From Oceanispirochaeta sp. (GTDB lineage Bacteria > Spirochaetota > Spirochaetia > DSM-2461), in the NCBI GenBank assembly GCA_963666275.2, contig CAXXOA010000002.1, positions 1,504,001-1,568,000 of the forward strand: a DNA stretch of 64,000 nucleotides, read 5' to 3'. The notes beneath the pieces are model-generated. The model was not told where the DNA came from. It ran no database searches and saw only the letters and a program-made list of their open reading frames with translations. Positions 17,088 to 28,149 of this stretch are shown here, piece by piece. The position numbers and the translations under genes were made by a program. Position 1 is the first letter of the stretch; each line of letters starts with the position of its first letter.

Positions 17088-17549
17088 ATGAGCAGTATTG
17101 AACTGAAAGCTCCTGCGGGAGCCAATAGGAACAAAAAAGTACTGGGCCGCGGACATGGTGCCGGTACCGGAAAAACTTCCGGTAAAGGTCACAAAGGTCA
17201 GAAAGCCCGTTCCGGTGGAAATGTAAGACCCGGATTTGAGGGTGGACAGATGCCTCTGTATCGTCGTGTTGCGGCGAGAGGTTTCTCCAACCATCCTTTT
17301 AAGAAGGTATTCGTTCCTGTAAATCTTTCTCTTCTTGAGAAAAACTACAGCGACGGGGAAGTTGTTTCTCTGGAAACACTGATTGAAAAAGGATTGATTA
17401 AAAAATCCGAAACAGAAGTGAAAATCCTGGGGAACGGAGAACTTTCCAAGAAACTGGAAGTTCAGGTTGGTAAGGTTTCTGCTGGTGCGGTACAGAAAAT
17501 TGAAAAAGCCGGTGGTAAAGTCGCAGTAAAAGAATCCGTACAGGAATAG
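17088..17549 (+). CDS. rplO: 50S ribosomal protein L15
   Basis: GRGHGAGTGKTSGKGHKGQKAR; GFEGGQMPLYRR. Confidence 0.99.
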   Translation: MSSIELKAPAGANRNKKVLGRGHGAGTGKTSGKGHKGQKARSGGNVRPGFEGGQMPLYRRVAARGFSNHPFKKVFVPVNLSLLEKNYSDGEVVSLETLIEKGLIKKSETEVKILGNGELSKKLEVQVGKVSAGAVQKIEKAGGKVAVKESVQE

Positions 17550-17559
17550 TTGGTAATAT

Positions 17560-18891
17560 ATGGCAGGTAATCCACTTTACGACATGTTTAGAATAAGAGA
17601 GTTAAGATTTAAAATTTTCTTTACTCTCGGTATGCTGATCATCTTCAGGCTAGGTGCTATATTGCCTATTCCCGGTATTGATGCCTCTGCATTGAGTCTT
17701 TATTTTTTGAATCAGGCATCTACCGGTGCCGGAATGGGTATAACCGAGTATCTGGATTTCTTTGCCGGTGGTGCATTTAAGAATTTTTCAATCTTTATGC
17801 TCGGTATTATGCCGTACATTTCCATGTCTATTATCATGCAGCTTCTGCTGCTGGTGTTTCCGCAGTTGAAAAAGATTTCGGAAGAAGACGGGGGAAAGAA
17901 GAAAATTCAAAAGTTAATTCGCTATGGAACAGTCGTGGTATGTATTATTCAGTCTTATGCTGTTACAGTATATGCCAGCAGAATACCTGATGCGATTATC
18001 CCGTCAATGGTCGGTTGGAAATACACAGTTGTTGCCATGCTGACCGTAACAACAGGAACAATGTTCCTGATGTGGATTGGCGAACAGATCAATGCCCGTG
18101 GAATTGGAAACGGTATATCCCTTCTGATTTTTGCTGGTATTGTTGCTAGAATGCCTGGTGCATTCAATATTCTGGGGACAGAAATCCGTAATGGAGATCT
18201 GAACCCTGTATTTGTAATTTTTGCACTGCTTATGTTTGTTGGAATCATTATGCTGGTGATCTACGAACAGCAGGGACAAAGAAAAATACCCGTTAATTAC
18301 GCAAAAAGAATTGTCGGACGCAGGATCTATGGGGCACAGAATACTTATATCCCCATTAAAATAAATCCAAGTGGAGTTATTCCTGTAATTTTTGCATCAT
18401 CAATACTGACATTTCCGCTGCAGATTGCCGGGGCATTAGGAAGCAGCAGTAAAGCATGGTCTCAGATTGCCAGTTGGTTACGACCCAACGGCGCCCCCTA
18501 CCTTGTTTTATATGCGCTGTTAATCATCTTTTTTGCTTACTTTTATACACAGGTTTCTATGAATCCTATTGAAATTGCTAGGCAAATAAGAGAAAATGGC
18601 GGTTCAATACCTGGTATCCGTTCCGAAAACATGGAAGATTATCTGACTAGAGTTCTCAATCGGATTGTACTTCCCGGAGCAATTTTCCTGGCATTGATAG
18701 CATTGATCCCTTCATTTATTATTAACCTGTTTGGTTTTCCAAGCCAGGTAGCATATCTGATGGGCGGTACATCGTTGTTGATCATGGTGGGTGTAGACCT
18801 GGATACCATGTCCCAGATTGAAGGTCATCTTAAGATGCATCATCATGACGGTCTAGTGAAACGCGGTAAACTGAGAACAAGAAACCTATAA
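17560..18891 (+). CDS. secY: Preprotein translocase SecY
   Basis: [28 protein letters not shown]; multiple TM segments. Confidence 0.99.
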   Translation: MAGNPLYDMFRIRELRFKIFFTLGMLIIFRLGAILPIPGIDASALSLYFLNQASTGAGMGITEYLDFFAGGAFKNFSIFMLGIMPYISMSIIMQLLLLVFPQLKKISEEDGGKKKIQKLIRYGTVVVCIIQSYAVTVYASRIPDAIIPSMVGWKYTVVAMLTVTTGTMFLMWIGEQINARGIGNGISLLIFAGIVARMPGAFNILGTEIRNGDLNPVFVIFALLMFVGIIMLVIYEQQGQRKIPVNYAKRIVGRRIYGAQNTYIPIKINPSGVIPVIFASSILTFPLQIAGALGSSSKAWSQIASWLRPNGAPYLVLYALLIIFFAYFYTQVSMNPIEIARQIRENGGSIPGIRSENMEDYLTRVLNRIVLPGAIFLALIALIPSFIINLFGFPSQVAYLMGGTSLLIMVGVDLDTMSQIEGHLKMHHHDGLVKRGKLRTRNL

Positions 18892-18902
18892 GAGGTATAA
18901 CA

Positions 18903-19016
18903 ATGAAAGTTAGAGCAAGTGTTAAACCAATTTGCGATAAGTGTAAGGTTATCAGGAGAAGGGGTGTCCTGAGAATCGTTTGTGAAAACCCGAAACATAA
19001 ACAGAGACAAAAGTAG
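18903..19016 (+). CDS. rpmJ: 50S ribosomal protein L36, Zn-ribbon type (not in ORF track)
   Basis: Manual translation [43 protein letters not shown]. Confidence 0.98.
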   Translation: MKVRASVKPICDKCKVIRRRGVLRIVCENPKHKQRQK

Positions 19017-19027
19017 GAGGAACTTAA

Positions 19028-19393
19028 GTGGCTCGTATTGCAGGTATAGATCTGCCTAATAAGCATACCGATATTGCACTTACCTATATTTTTGGTATAG
19101 GAAGAACTTCTGCTAAAGAAATCTGTGCAAAAACCGGTGTTGATCCTGAAAAAAGAATCAACGAATTAACAGCTGACGAAGTAAATGAACTGAGAAAGCT
19201 GATTGAAAGTGAATATAAAGTGGAAGGTCGTCTGAGATCTGAAGTTGCTCTTAATATTAAGAGGCTTATGGATATCGGATGCTACCGGGGTCTTCGCCAC
19301 CGGAGAGGTCTGCCCGTAAATGGACAGAGAACCAAGACAAATGCCCGTACCAGAAAGGGTAAAGTAAAAACCGTCGCTAAGAAAAAGAAGTAG
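19028..19393 (+). CDS. rpsM: 30S ribosomal protein S13
   Basis: [33 protein letters not shown]. Confidence 0.99.
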   Translation: MARIAGIDLPNKHTDIALTYIFGIGRTSAKEICAKTGVDPEKRINELTADEVNELRKLIESEYKVEGRLRSEVALNIKRLMDIGCYRGLRHRRGLPVNGQRTKTNARTRKGKVKTVAKKKK

Positions 19394-19414
19394 AACGGTT
19401 GGAGGTTTTTGAAA

Positions 19415-19795
19415 TTGGCTAAGGCAAAAAAAAGAAAAGATAAAAAGAGTGTTTATGAAGGGAATGTCTATATTCAGGCTACCTTCAATAATACAATTGT
19501 AACAATTACCGATCTTAAAGGTAATGCCATTTCCTGGAGTAGTGCAGGTTCTCTCGGGTTCAAAGGAGCTAAAAAATCAACTCCTTATGCTGCTCAGACT
19601 ACTGCTGAAACTGCTGCTAACAGAGCATTGGATTTTGGTCTTCAGGAAGTTAATGTATACGTAAAAGGACCTGGTGTTGGTAGAGAATCAGCAATCAGAT
19701 CCCTTGGAGGTCTCGGCCTTAGAGTAAAATCCATCAAGGATATTACGCCGATCCCCCATAACGGATGCAGACCTAAAAAGAGCAGAAGAGTCTAA
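19415..19795 (+). CDS. rpsK: 30S ribosomal protein S11
   Basis: [35 protein letters not shown] start (19415 or 19409). Confidence 0.98.
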   Translation: MAKAKKRKDKKSVYEGNVYIQATFNNTIVTITDLKGNAISWSSAGSLGFKGAKKSTPYAAQTTAETAANRALDFGLQEVNVYVKGPGVGRESAIRSLGGLGLRVKSIKDITPIPHNGCRPKKSRRV

Positions 19796-19879
19796 TTGTT
19801 TTAAAGTGATAGCAGGGTGTTTTTACTGAATAGTTTCAGGTAAACCAGCAGGATCGCTTATTCTTAGTAAGGAGCAGAA

Positions 19880-20920
19880 ATGGCACGTAAAAACCTGTTA
19901 AAGGGATTTAAACGACCAAAGGGTATCACCTTTGAACATGGTGAACAGGAATCAAATTACGGAAAGTTTATAGCTTATCCTTTTGAAAGGGGATATGGTG
20001 CAACAATAGGGAATTCTCTGCGCCGGATCCTGTTGTCTTCCATTCAGGGATATGCTGTAACCGCAGTCAGAGTAACCAGCTTTAACAAAGACGGTAACTC
20101 TCATGTAATTACCAGTGAATTTGAACCAATACCTGAGGTTGTTGAAGATACTCCCGAGTTTATTAGTAATTTAAAATCTCTGCAATTAAGCCTGCCGGAA
20201 GACATTGAAGAAAAAACCATCCTCATCGAATGGAAAGGCGGCGGTAATTTAACCGGTGCTGATCTTGAGAAAGATGGAGTGGTTGTTACCAATAAAGATC
20301 TTCAGCTGTGTACAATGATGGATAATGCTGATCTGGAAATTGAAATCCAGATTGATCTGGGACGTGGATACGTTCCTTCTGAGCTTAATGAGAAATATAT
20401 TGATGTTGTAGGTACCATACCTGTGGATTCAATTTTTTCACCCATCAAAAAAGTACGTTACGAAGTGGAAAATACCCGTGTAGGTCAGAGATCAGATTAT
20501 GATAAACTGATCCTGGAAATCTGGACTGACGGTACCATTTCTCCTGAAGATGCTCTGGCTGAATCAGCTAAAATTGCAAAAGATCATTTCACCATTTTTA
20601 TAAACTTCGATGAAGATGACGTTATCGGTGATGATGAGGTTGATGAGGAAGAAGAGAGAATCAAAGCTCTTCTTGACACTCCGGTAGAAGAATTGGAGTT
20701 GTCTGTACGTTCAAGTAATTGTTTGAAGAATGCTAATATAAAGACCATTGGTGATCTGACTAGGAGAACCGAAGAAGACATTGCAAAAACCAGGAATTTT
20801 GGTAAAAAATCTCTGATGGAAATCAAAGAAAAGCTGAAAGAATGGAATCTGTCTCTTGGAATGGTTGATTACAGCGTTTTAAAGAAAACAATTAAACTTG
20901 AGAATAATAAGGAAGAATAG
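19880..20920 (+). CDS. rpoA: RNA polymerase alpha subunit
   Basis: [39 protein letters not shown]. Confidence 0.99.
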   Translation: MARKNLLKGFKRPKGITFEHGEQESNYGKFIAYPFERGYGATIGNSLRRILLSSIQGYAVTAVRVTSFNKDGNSHVITSEFEPIPEVVEDTPEFISNLKSLQLSLPEDIEEKTILIEWKGGGNLTGADLEKDGVVVTNKDLQLCTMMDNADLEIEIQIDLGRGYVPSELNEKYIDVVGTIPVDSIFSPIKKVRYEVENTRVGQRSDYDKLILEIWTDGTISPEDALAESAKIAKDHFTIFINFDEDDVIGDDEVDEEEERIKALLDTPVEELELSVRSSNCLKNANIKTIGDLTRRTEEDIAKTRNFGKKSLMEIKEKLKEWNLSLGMVDYSVLKKTIKLENNKEE

Positions 20921-20922
20921 TC

Positions 20923-21339
20923 ATGCATAATCGAATCGGTTTTAACAGACTTGGAAGAAAAGCCAGTCACAGAAAAGCCCTTCACAGAAACATGGTTACT
21001 TCTCTGTTTAAATATGAGAGGATTAAAACCACCAAAGCCAAGGCAATGGAAATCAGAAGAACTGCTGAGAAGATGATTACCAGAGCCAAAGTTGATTCTG
21101 TGCATAATCGAAGAATTGTTGCAAAAGCAATCTCTGACAAGGATATTCTTAATAAACTTTTTACAGAAATTGCTCCCCGTTTTACAGAAAGACCCGGTGG
21201 TTATACCAGGGTTCTTAAAATGGGAAATCGTCAGGGAGACGCTGCAGAAGTAGTACTTCTTGAGCTTGTAGAAAAAGCTGGAGCAGATGAAAAACCTGCT
21301 AAGAAAGCAGCTAAAAAAGAAGCAGCAGAAACTGAATAA
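20923..21339 (+). CDS. rplQ: 50S ribosomal protein L17
   Basis: [30 protein letters not shown]. Confidence 0.99.
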   Translation: MHNRIGFNRLGRKASHRKALHRNMVTSLFKYERIKTTKAKAMEIRRTAEKMITRAKVDSVHNRRIVAKAISDKDILNKLFTEIAPRFTERPGGYTRVLKMGNRQGDAAEVVLLELVEKAGADEKPAKKAAKKEAAETE

Positions 21340-21383
21340 TAAAACAATTTACTAAGGTAAAGGTTTTAGGACTTCGATAATAG

Positions 21384-21428
21384 TAAGGAAGGTCTCTCCT
21401 TTTGAGGAGAAATCTTCCTTATTTTTTT
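21384..21428 (+). terminator. Intrinsic terminator of the ribosomal/alpha cluster
   Basis: TAAGGAAGGTCTCTCCT / AGGAGAAATCTTCCTTA stem, then T7. Confidence 0.75.
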
Positions 21429-21440
21429 GGGGAAAGCTGG

Positions 21441-24400
21441 ATGCGTCAGGTAAATAAAGCACTTTTATCTTTACTAATCTCATTACTTCTTGTCAGTGCA
21501 TTCAGTTTTTTTGCATTTACCGGATTCTTTTCCTATCTGGAAACGCAATACTTCAGTCAGCGAATCATTGAGAACCAGTTAAACCGCGTCAGAATAAATC
21601 ATACCCTTGTTAATGAATATCATGAAAATAATTTTCAACGCTTACAGAACATTCTGGATCTGAATTATATAAAAAATGTATACGATCCCACACAGGAAAG
21701 AGCAGATATTATCGATCGAACGAATTTGTTTGGAAGATTGCAGGATGAACTGGTCGGTTTTCAGTCTGTTAAGATTATTGATACTCAGGGAGTGGCCATA
21801 CTTTTCAGTACTGCCCAGACAGATATCAGAGATAGAAGCGATGAAAGAATCTTTTTCCGCCTGTGGAATACAAGTCCGGATTATATTGAAACCTTTCCTC
21901 TGATGCAGTCAGAAGAAGAGAATCCAAGATACTTTTATGATGCAGAGAATAAACGTATACTCTACCTTTTTCCGGCTGTTGATCAATATGGTCTGTTCCG
22001 GGGGACAGCCATTTTCTATTTTTCAGTCAATGGCATTCAGGACTATCTCTTCCGTAATGCGGGTATATCCGGAATCGATAGATTGCGGCTCCTTGATACA
22101 AATACTTTACTCTTTTCCCTATCCGATTCACAGGCTGATGTTCTACAGTCAAATCTGTCTCAGTTCCGTGACAATGCCGGCTCCGGGGACTATATTCAGA
22201 GAATAGCCAATGATGGAGTCGAAGACTATTATCTATCTCAAACAGTTCATGAGGATGGAAGTATATCCATTCTTTCCATACCCGGTCGGGATCTAGTCTT
22301 TTCGTTTGAATATAGGATCCTTTTACTATCAGCCCTGTTTGTATCTTTTTTTCTTATGCTTTTTCTGCTCTTCAATTTAAAACAGGATGAAGAGCTTCGG
22401 ATCAAACAGAAAATAAAAAAATTCCAGCTCTCCTTTTTAAAGGAACTCCTTGATTCCAGTGATGAACCGGACTGGGATTCTTATGAAATAGAGTTCAAAT
22501 CCAGAAAAGATGAAATTAAAAAGGAACTGCTTAAAGGTCACTCTGACAAATTTAAGAAAGAGAATAAAGAGAAGATCGATGCTCTGATTGATGCCCGCTG
22601 GGATGAAATCATTGATGTCATTAAAAGCCGGCAGAGCCGTCAGGAAGATGAACCTCGATTTTCCATTAGTGACCTTGAAAAAATGATCAAATCGGCTTTG
22701 GCTGATGCCCATTTCACAATAGAAAATGCAGATGTTAAAAATCTCTCCTCTCTCCCTGTGCAAAAGGAAAGAACTCCGGACAGGAAAGCACTTCAGCCGG
22801 TCGATGTAGAAGAACTGGGTGAAGATGATCTGGAAGAACTGGAAGAGCTTGATGAAGCCGAAGAGCTTGATGAACTGGAAGAGCTTGATGAACTGGAAGA
22901 GCTTGATGAAGCCGAAGAGCTGGACGAAGCCGAAGAGCTGGACGAAGCCGAAGAGCTGGACGAAGCCGAAGAGCTGGACGAAGCTGAAGAGCTGGACGAA
23001 GCCGAAGAACTGGATGAAGCCGATGAACTGGATGAAGCCGATATACTGGACGATACCGAAGAGCTGGACGAAGCCTTAGAGCTGGACGAAGCCGAAGAGC
23101 TGGACGAAGTAGAAGAAGACCGTTCTTCTGAAGGCTCAGATGTTCCGAGGGATGGAATCTCCACTATCCCTATGGATGATTTTGATGAAAATGACTATAA
23201 CGGCATTTCCGATGATATTCCTCAATTAGAATCTCTACAGGATTTGAAACCAATGGATGTTGTTCCAGAGGCTTCAATACTGGACCTGGATGCACAGGAA
23301 TATCTTTCGGACAAAGACGAAATCCTGGTTGACTTGGATGAAGTAGGAACTGAATTTAATCTAGACAGTTTAATTGATTCTATGGATGTTGACGAAATAT
23401 CAAAGAATCTTGAAGAACGGTATAACAACTATATTGAAGCTGAAGAAGAGGATCTTGAAGAGCTGCCTGTTTACTCAGGCTATGATTCGATCCTTCCTGA
23501 AGAGGAGGAAGAGATCCTGCCTGTTCTGGATCTCTTTCAGGACATGACTGATTGTGAACTGATCGAAATAGAGAATAGTACCACTCTGGATTTCTTCAGC
23601 ATGGACAGGATAAATCCCTATAATTTAAATTATGGGGCAATTGAACAGAACATGCAGGAGCTGGAGAAAGTTGCAGAGCCTATCCTTGTTTCCTCAGGGG
23701 GAATGGGTCTTGAAGAAAGAAATCTTACTGATCGGAGTCTTCAGGAGATGGAAAGTCTTATTGAACTTGATATAATCAGCCCCACAGAGGAATTTACAGT
23801 AAGGAAAAGCAGTGTTACTGTCCAGGATTCTGATAATTTAAAAGGTTTCGTTGATGGCAGAGGTGCTGGTTCTATGAGTAATGATGCAGAAATTGTGAAT
23901 GAAGATCAGGATATACCTGAAAATACCTCTCAGCAGGATGAAACGTCCCCCGGAAATATAGAAAGTGTTGATGATGACAATCTCTTTGAAAATAGCGAAA
24001 CTCTGAACGCATCTGAAGATCTCAAGACCTTGGAAGTTTTTGAAGATGTAGAATCTCTGGAAGATTTTGACGAAGAGGAAGATCTGGATGAACTGGAGGA
24101 GCTCGACGACGTAGAAGATCTGGATGAACTGGAGGAGCTCGATGAAGAGGAAGATCTGGATGAACTGGAAGAGCTCGATGAAGAGGAAGATCTGGAGGAG
24201 CTTGACGACGTAGAGGATCTGGAAGAGTTCGACGAAGTCGAAAATGCGCTGATTGAGATCCCTTTTGAGCAATTTATGGAAATTTCCGGTCTCCCCCTGT
24301 CAGCCGATGCCAGATCGCTTGCAGAGGAAGAGTCTTCATTAACCGAGCCCGAGTCCTATGAGAAAGCAACTGACGGTATCAGCGGGCTGATTCAGACACT

Positions 24401-24899
24401 TACTGATGATCTCCTGCCTCTTGGGGATGATCTGGACGAGCGTGAGTTTGGCGCTGTTCCCTCGGAGCATGGAAATGTAGTCCTGGATAAGCAGGGTATT
24501 GATTTTGATTTTTTCAGGAATTCCTATAAGGATGGTTCTATGGGGCTTTTAAAAGCCTTGAGAGATCTTACCAGAGAGTTTGATGCTCTTTGCGGGATTC
24601 TGTATCAGGTCGAGGGGGGATCCGTAACACCTGTTCATTCTATTGGAATCAATGAAGACGGAGTCAATGATCTGAAAGGTCAAAAACAGGCAGCAGTTGC
24701 CGGAGAATTCCTGGATGTCACCAAGGTCGTCTACCTCCGTGATCGAAATAATTCGGATCTTTCTGAATATCTGAGTCATAGTGATTTCTCTCTTTTTAAT
24801 GCCGGGGTTTTCATTCCTCTTAAATCCAGCCGTAAATTCGATTTTATTTATCTGGGATTCAAAGACGCGAAGTCCTGCTTTCTTGAAAAGCTGATTTAA
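21441..24899 (+). CDS. Large two-TM membrane protein with periplasmic domain and a very acidic, repeat-rich cytoplasmic region
   Basis: Hydrophobic segments ALLSLLISLLLVSAFSFFAFTGFF and ILLLSALFVSFFLMLFLLF; two EELD-type repeat arrays; ATG 21441 preferred over TTG 21402, which lies inside the terminator. Confidence 0.85.
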   Translation: MRQVNKALLSLLISLLLVSAFSFFAFTGFFSYLETQYFSQRIIENQLNRVRINHTLVNEYHENNFQRLQNILDLNYIKNVYDPTQERADIIDRTNLFGRLQDELVGFQSVKIIDTQGVAILFSTAQTDIRDRSDERIFFRLWNTSPDYIETFPLMQSEEENPRYFYDAENKRILYLFPAVDQYGLFRGTAIFYFSVNGIQDYLFRNAGISGIDRLRLLDTNTLLFSLSDSQADVLQSNLSQFRDNAGSGDYIQRIANDGVEDYYLSQTVHEDGSISILSIPGRDLVFSFEYRILLLSALFVSFFLMLFLLFNLKQDEELRIKQKIKKFQLSFLKELLDSSDEPDWDSYEIEFKSRKDEIKKELLKGHSDKFKKENKEKIDALIDARWDEIIDVIKSRQSRQEDEPRFSISDLEKMIKSALADAHFTIENADVKNLSSLPVQKERTPDRKALQPVDVEELGEDDLEELEELDEAEELDELEELDELEELDEAEELDEAEELDEAEELDEAEELDEAEELDEAEELDEADELDEADILDDTEELDEALELDEAEELDEVEEDRSSEGSDVPRDGISTIPMDDFDENDYNGISDDIPQLESLQDLKPMDVVPEASILDLDAQEYLSDKDEILVDLDEVGTEFNLDSLIDSMDVDEISKNLEERYNNYIEAEEEDLEELPVYSGYDSILPEEEEEILPVLDLFQDMTDCELIEIENSTTLDFFSMDRINPYNLNYGAIEQNMQELEKVAEPILVSSGGMGLEERNLTDRSLQEMESLIELDIISPTEEFTVRKSSVTVQDSDNLKGFVDGRGAGSMSNDAEIVNEDQDIPENTSQQDETSPGNIESVDDDNLFENSETLNASEDLKTLEVFEDVESLEDFDEEEDLDELEELDDVEDLDELEELDEEEDLDELEELDEEEDLEELDDVEDLEEFDEVENALIEIPFEQFMEISGLPLSADARSLAEEESSLTEPESYEKATDGISGLIQTLTDDLLPLGDDLDEREFGAVPSEHGNVVLDKQGIDFDFFRNSYKDGSMGLLKALRDLTREFDALCGILYQVEGGSVTPVHSIGINEDGVNDLKGQKQAAVAGEFLDVTKVVYLRDRNNSDLSEYLSHSDFSLFNAGVFIPLKSSRKFDFIYLGFKDAKSCFLEKLI
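22836..23105 (+). repeat. Coding tandem repeat, 15 x 18 nt (consensus GAAGCCGAAGAGCTGGAC = EAEELD)
   Basis: Units counted in sequence; central copies nearly identical. Confidence 0.95.
24061..24240 (+). repeat. Second coding acidic repeat, about 36-nt unit (EEEDLDELEELD)
   Basis: GAAGATCTGGATGAACTGGA(G/A)GAGCTCGA repeated three times plus degenerate copies. Confidence 0.85.
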
Positions 24900-24959
24900 G
24901 ATATGCTTCTCATGGCCGGCACCGGAATTCTGTAGATTATTTCCTTAAAATGCTTTGAC

Positions 24960-24987
24960 TTGACAAATGGGTAGTTACTTATATAAT
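24960..24987 (+). promoter_or_regulatory. sigma70 promoter of rny-ymdB-tlyA
   Basis: TTGACA-16 nt-TATAAT; SD GGGGAG before the rny ATG. Confidence 0.7.
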
Positions 24988-25017
24988 CAATAACATATTG
25001 TAAGATTAGGGGGAGAC

Positions 25018-26547
25018 ATGACGACTGTCTATTGGATCGCTTTACCCCTCGTCGGAATTTTATTAGGTTGGACAATAAGATGGCTTTATGCCAGATATCA
25101 GCTCTCTTCTTCGGAGCAGAAATCATTAAGACTGAAACAAGATGCCGTAAAGGAAGCAGAACAGGAAAAGAAAAGTATCCTACTTGAAGCTCAAAACCAG
25201 ATTATGAAAGAACGTCGCCAGCTGGAACGGGAAAACCGTGACAGACGGAATGAAGTTCAGAAGTATGAAAGGCGCGTTCAGCAGAAAGAGGATAACCTTG
25301 ATAAGAAAACTGCTACTCTTGAAAAGAAACTTTCTTCCATTTCAGAAGTGGAAGCGGGTCTTGAATCGAGAGAGGCAAAAATTGCAGAAGAAGAAACCCG
25401 CTGGCAGGCGGAGCTGGAGAAGATCTCCGGTCTAACCAAAGACGAGGCAAAAAAGTTAATAATACAAAGTTTAGAAAATGAGGCCAAACACGATGCTCAG
25501 GCTCTTGTCAACAAGATTGAACAGGAAGCCAATTTAACAGCAGAGAAGAAGGCGCGAGACATTATTATAACCACTATCCAGAGGTTGGCTACAGATGTCA
25601 GTACAGAGATTACTGTTACTTCTGTCAGTCTGCCCAATGACGAAATGAAAGGAAGGATTATCGGCCGGGAAGGTCGGAATATCAGAACCCTGGAGACGTT
25701 GACAGGTGTGGATATCATCATTGATGATACTCCCGAAGCTGTTGTTATCTCCTGTTTTGATCCTATCAGAAAAGTCATTGCCAAGATTGCTCTGGAAAGG
25801 TTGATTGCTGATGGACGGATTCATCCCGCCAGGATTGAGGAAGTTGTTCAGAAAGTAACAAAAGAGATTAGCCAGACTATTTATGAAGAAGGGGAAAAAA
25901 TCCTTTTTGACCTTGGTATTCATAATATCAGACCGGAAGGAATCAGGGCTCTCGGTAGACTCCATTTCAGAACCAGTTATGGTCAGAATGTTCTGTCTCA
26001 CTCGAAAGAGGTTGCTGTTATTGCCGGTATGATCGCTGCAGAAGTCGGTGCAGACAGAGAAATTGCCAAACGCGGAGCTCTGCTCCATGATATTGGTAAA
26101 GGACTTGAAACCGACGGTGATGGAAACCATGCTGAACTGGGAGCTGAACTCTGTAAAAGGATGAATGAGGATCCCCGTGTTATCAATGCTGTGGCCGCCC
26201 ATCATAATGATGTGGAAATCAATTCGATTGAAGGCATCATCGTTCAGGTAGCCGATGCTATATCGGCCGCAAGACCCGGTGCCAGAAGAGAGACCCTTGA
26301 TAACTACATAAAACGACTGGAAAATCTTGAAAAGATTGCCATGAGTTTTGAAGGTGTTGAAAAGGTTTTTGCAATACAGGCTGGTAGAGAATTGAGAATA
26401 ATGGTCAACAATGACAGAATTGACGATCAGAAAGCTCAGTTGCTGGCAAAAGATATCGCCAAAAAAATTGAAAATGAACTGAAGTATCCCGGACGAATCC
26501 GAGTTACTATCATTCGTGAAACCAGGGCAGTAGAATACGCCCGTTAG
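25018..26547 (+). CDS. rny: Ribonuclease Y
   Basis: N-terminal TM, coiled coil, KH domain ([14 protein letters not shown]), HD domain (LLHDIGK), [10 protein letters not shown]. Confidence 0.98.
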   Translation: MTTVYWIALPLVGILLGWTIRWLYARYQLSSSEQKSLRLKQDAVKEAEQEKKSILLEAQNQIMKERRQLERENRDRRNEVQKYERRVQQKEDNLDKKTATLEKKLSSISEVEAGLESREAKIAEEETRWQAELEKISGLTKDEAKKLIIQSLENEAKHDAQALVNKIEQEANLTAEKKARDIIITTIQRLATDVSTEITVTSVSLPNDEMKGRIIGREGRNIRTLETLTGVDIIIDDTPEAVVISCFDPIRKVIAKIALERLIADGRIHPARIEEVVQKVTKEISQTIYEEGEKILFDLGIHNIRPEGIRALGRLHFRTSYGQNVLSHSKEVAVIAGMIAAEVGADREIAKRGALLHDIGKGLETDGDGNHAELGAELCKRMNEDPRVINAVAAHHNDVEINSIEGIIVQVADAISAARPGARRETLDNYIKRLENLEKIAMSFEGVEKVFAIQAGRELRIMVNNDRIDDQKAQLLAKDIAKKIENELKYPGRIRVTIIRETRAVEYAR

Positions 26548-26556
26548 GAAGTTGCT

Positions 26557-27345
26557 TTGGCAGGTAAAAAACGCGCCCTTATTCTGGGAGATATCGTTGG
26601 TTCTCCCGGAAGCAGGGCGCTTTTCTTTGGACTTAAAAAATACATAAAAGATTACAGAGCCGATATCGTTGTTGTTAATGGTGAAAATGCCGCAGACGGC
26701 TTCGGGATGAACCCTGAGGATGTGAGTCGACTTTTTTCATCCGGTGTGGATGTCATAACAACCGGGAATCATATCTGGCAGAGAAAAGAGATATATCCCG
26801 TACTGGATACGGAAGAGTTCCTTCTCCGGCCGGCCAATTATCCCCCCGGAGTCCCGGGACATGGTTACTGTCTGATTCAGAAAGGCGATGTTGCCTATGG
26901 GGTCATCAACCTTCTGGGACGGTCCCGGATGGGATTCAGCGGAGAGTGTCCTTTCCGTACCGGTAAAAAGCTTGTACAGCAGCTGTCGGGGAAAGCGGAC
27001 TTTATTCTGATTGATTTTCATGCGGAAGATCCTCTGGAAAAAGAAGCCCTTGCTTTTCATCTTGACGGGGCCGCCAGTATTGTTTACGGGACCCATACTC
27101 ATATACAGACAGCTGATGAGAGGATCTTTCCCGGTGGGACAGGTTATATCACAGACATCGGGATGGTAGGTCCCGGTCATAGTGTTATAGGCTCTGATCC
27201 CGAGCAGTCAATAAAGCGGAGCATCTCCCAGCTTCCGATTAAAATGGAAGTTATTGACAATGTACCTCTGGTCTGCGGTCTGCTTGTTGAAATGGAAAAC
27301 GGAAAAACTGTTTCTATCGAGAGGATTCGAGTTCAGGGAATTTGA
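26557..27345 (+). CDS. ymdB: YmdB-family metallophosphoesterase
   Basis: GDIVG, NGENAA, TTGNH, DFHAE, GTHTH; canonical position after rny. Confidence 0.93.
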   Translation: MAGKKRALILGDIVGSPGSRALFFGLKKYIKDYRADIVVVNGENAADGFGMNPEDVSRLFSSGVDVITTGNHIWQRKEIYPVLDTEEFLLRPANYPPGVPGHGYCLIQKGDVAYGVINLLGRSRMGFSGECPFRTGKKLVQQLSGKADFILIDFHAEDPLEKEALAFHLDGAASIVYGTHTHIQTADERIFPGGTGYITDIGMVGPGHSVIGSDPEQSIKRSISQLPIKMEVIDNVPLVCGLLVEMENGKTVSIERIRVQGI

Positions 27346-27348
27346 GCT

Positions 27349-28149
27349 ATGAAAAAGATCCCTTTGTTTCAGAAAGTGCAGGAGGAATTTCCCGATTACC
27401 CTCCCAAGGAACTTTATGCCATGATCCTCTGCGGCGAAGTCATCACCGCCGGGCAGGTTCTGAAAAATCCCAAAGAGAGAGTTTCTGCTGATTCGGCCAT
27501 TCAGATCAGGACAAAAAAGTATGTCTCCCGGGGGGGGCTGAAGCTGGAGAAAGCGCTCAAGCTCTGGAATCCTTCCCTGGAAGGAAAGATAATCCTTGAT
27601 GCGGGCTGTTCTACCGGGGGGTTTACGGACTGTCTTCTACAGCACGGCGCCTCTTCTGTTTATGCCGTGGATGTGGGATTTAATCAGCTGGACTACTCCC
27701 TGAGAACTAATCCCGCAGTCCGGGTTATGGAAAAAACAAATATTATGCATCTGGATGTTCTGGATCCCCAGCCGGACTGGGCGGTGGCAGACCTCTCTTT
27801 CAGGAGTATCCGTTCCGCCGCATCAAAGATCATCGGCCTGACCCGGGATAAATTCCTTATATCACTTATTAAGCCTCAGTTTGAATGGAAGAATCCGGAC
27901 AGTGATTTTCAGGGTGTGATAAAGGATCCCCGGAGAATCAGTGACATTGCACTGGAGGTGATGGAAGAACTCCGGGAAGAGGGGGCCTATGTTCTTAAAG
28001 CCGCCGCTTCTCCCGTACCGGGAAGGAAAGGGAACAGAGAACTGCTTTTCTGGATATCCACGGATGAAAAACTGAGCTACCCCGATATGAGAGATCTTCA
28101 GAGTCAGATACTGAGAGATCTTGAGGCCTCCTCTCAGGGAAGTGACTGA
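27349..28149 (+). CDS. tlyA: TlyA-family rRNA 2'-O-methyltransferase / hemolysin A
   Basis: YVSRGGLKL; LDAGCSTGGFTDCLLQ; LIKPQFE; SPVPGRKGNRE. Confidence 0.95.
   Translation: MKKIPLFQKVQEEFPDYPPKELYAMILCGEVITAGQVLKNPKERVSADSAIQIRTKKYVSRGGLKLEKALKLWNPSLEGKIILDAGCSTGGFTDCLLQHGASSVYAVDVGFNQLDYSLRTNPAVRVMEKTNIMHLDVLDPQPDWAVADLSFRSIRSAASKIIGLTRDKFLISLIKPQFEWKNPDSDFQGVIKDPRRISDIALEVMEELREEGAYVLKAAASPVPGRKGNRELLFWISTDEKLSYPDMRDLQSQILRDLEASSQGSD

Noticed and set aside
18892..19879. Missing adk, map, infA and rpsD as a novelty
   Set aside because: The secY-rpmJ-rpsM-rpsK-rpoA order is a known spirochaete arrangement
22793..23164. Tandem 18-nt repeats as a CRISPR array, and the antisense poly-Ser and off-frame KPKSW ORFs
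   Set aside because: No unique spacers or cas genes; repeats are in frame within the acidic protein, and the other ORFs are shadows of them
24900..25017. 6S RNA upstream of rny, a common location
   Set aside because: Only 118 nt, occupied by a promoter and SD, with no long rod-like pairing
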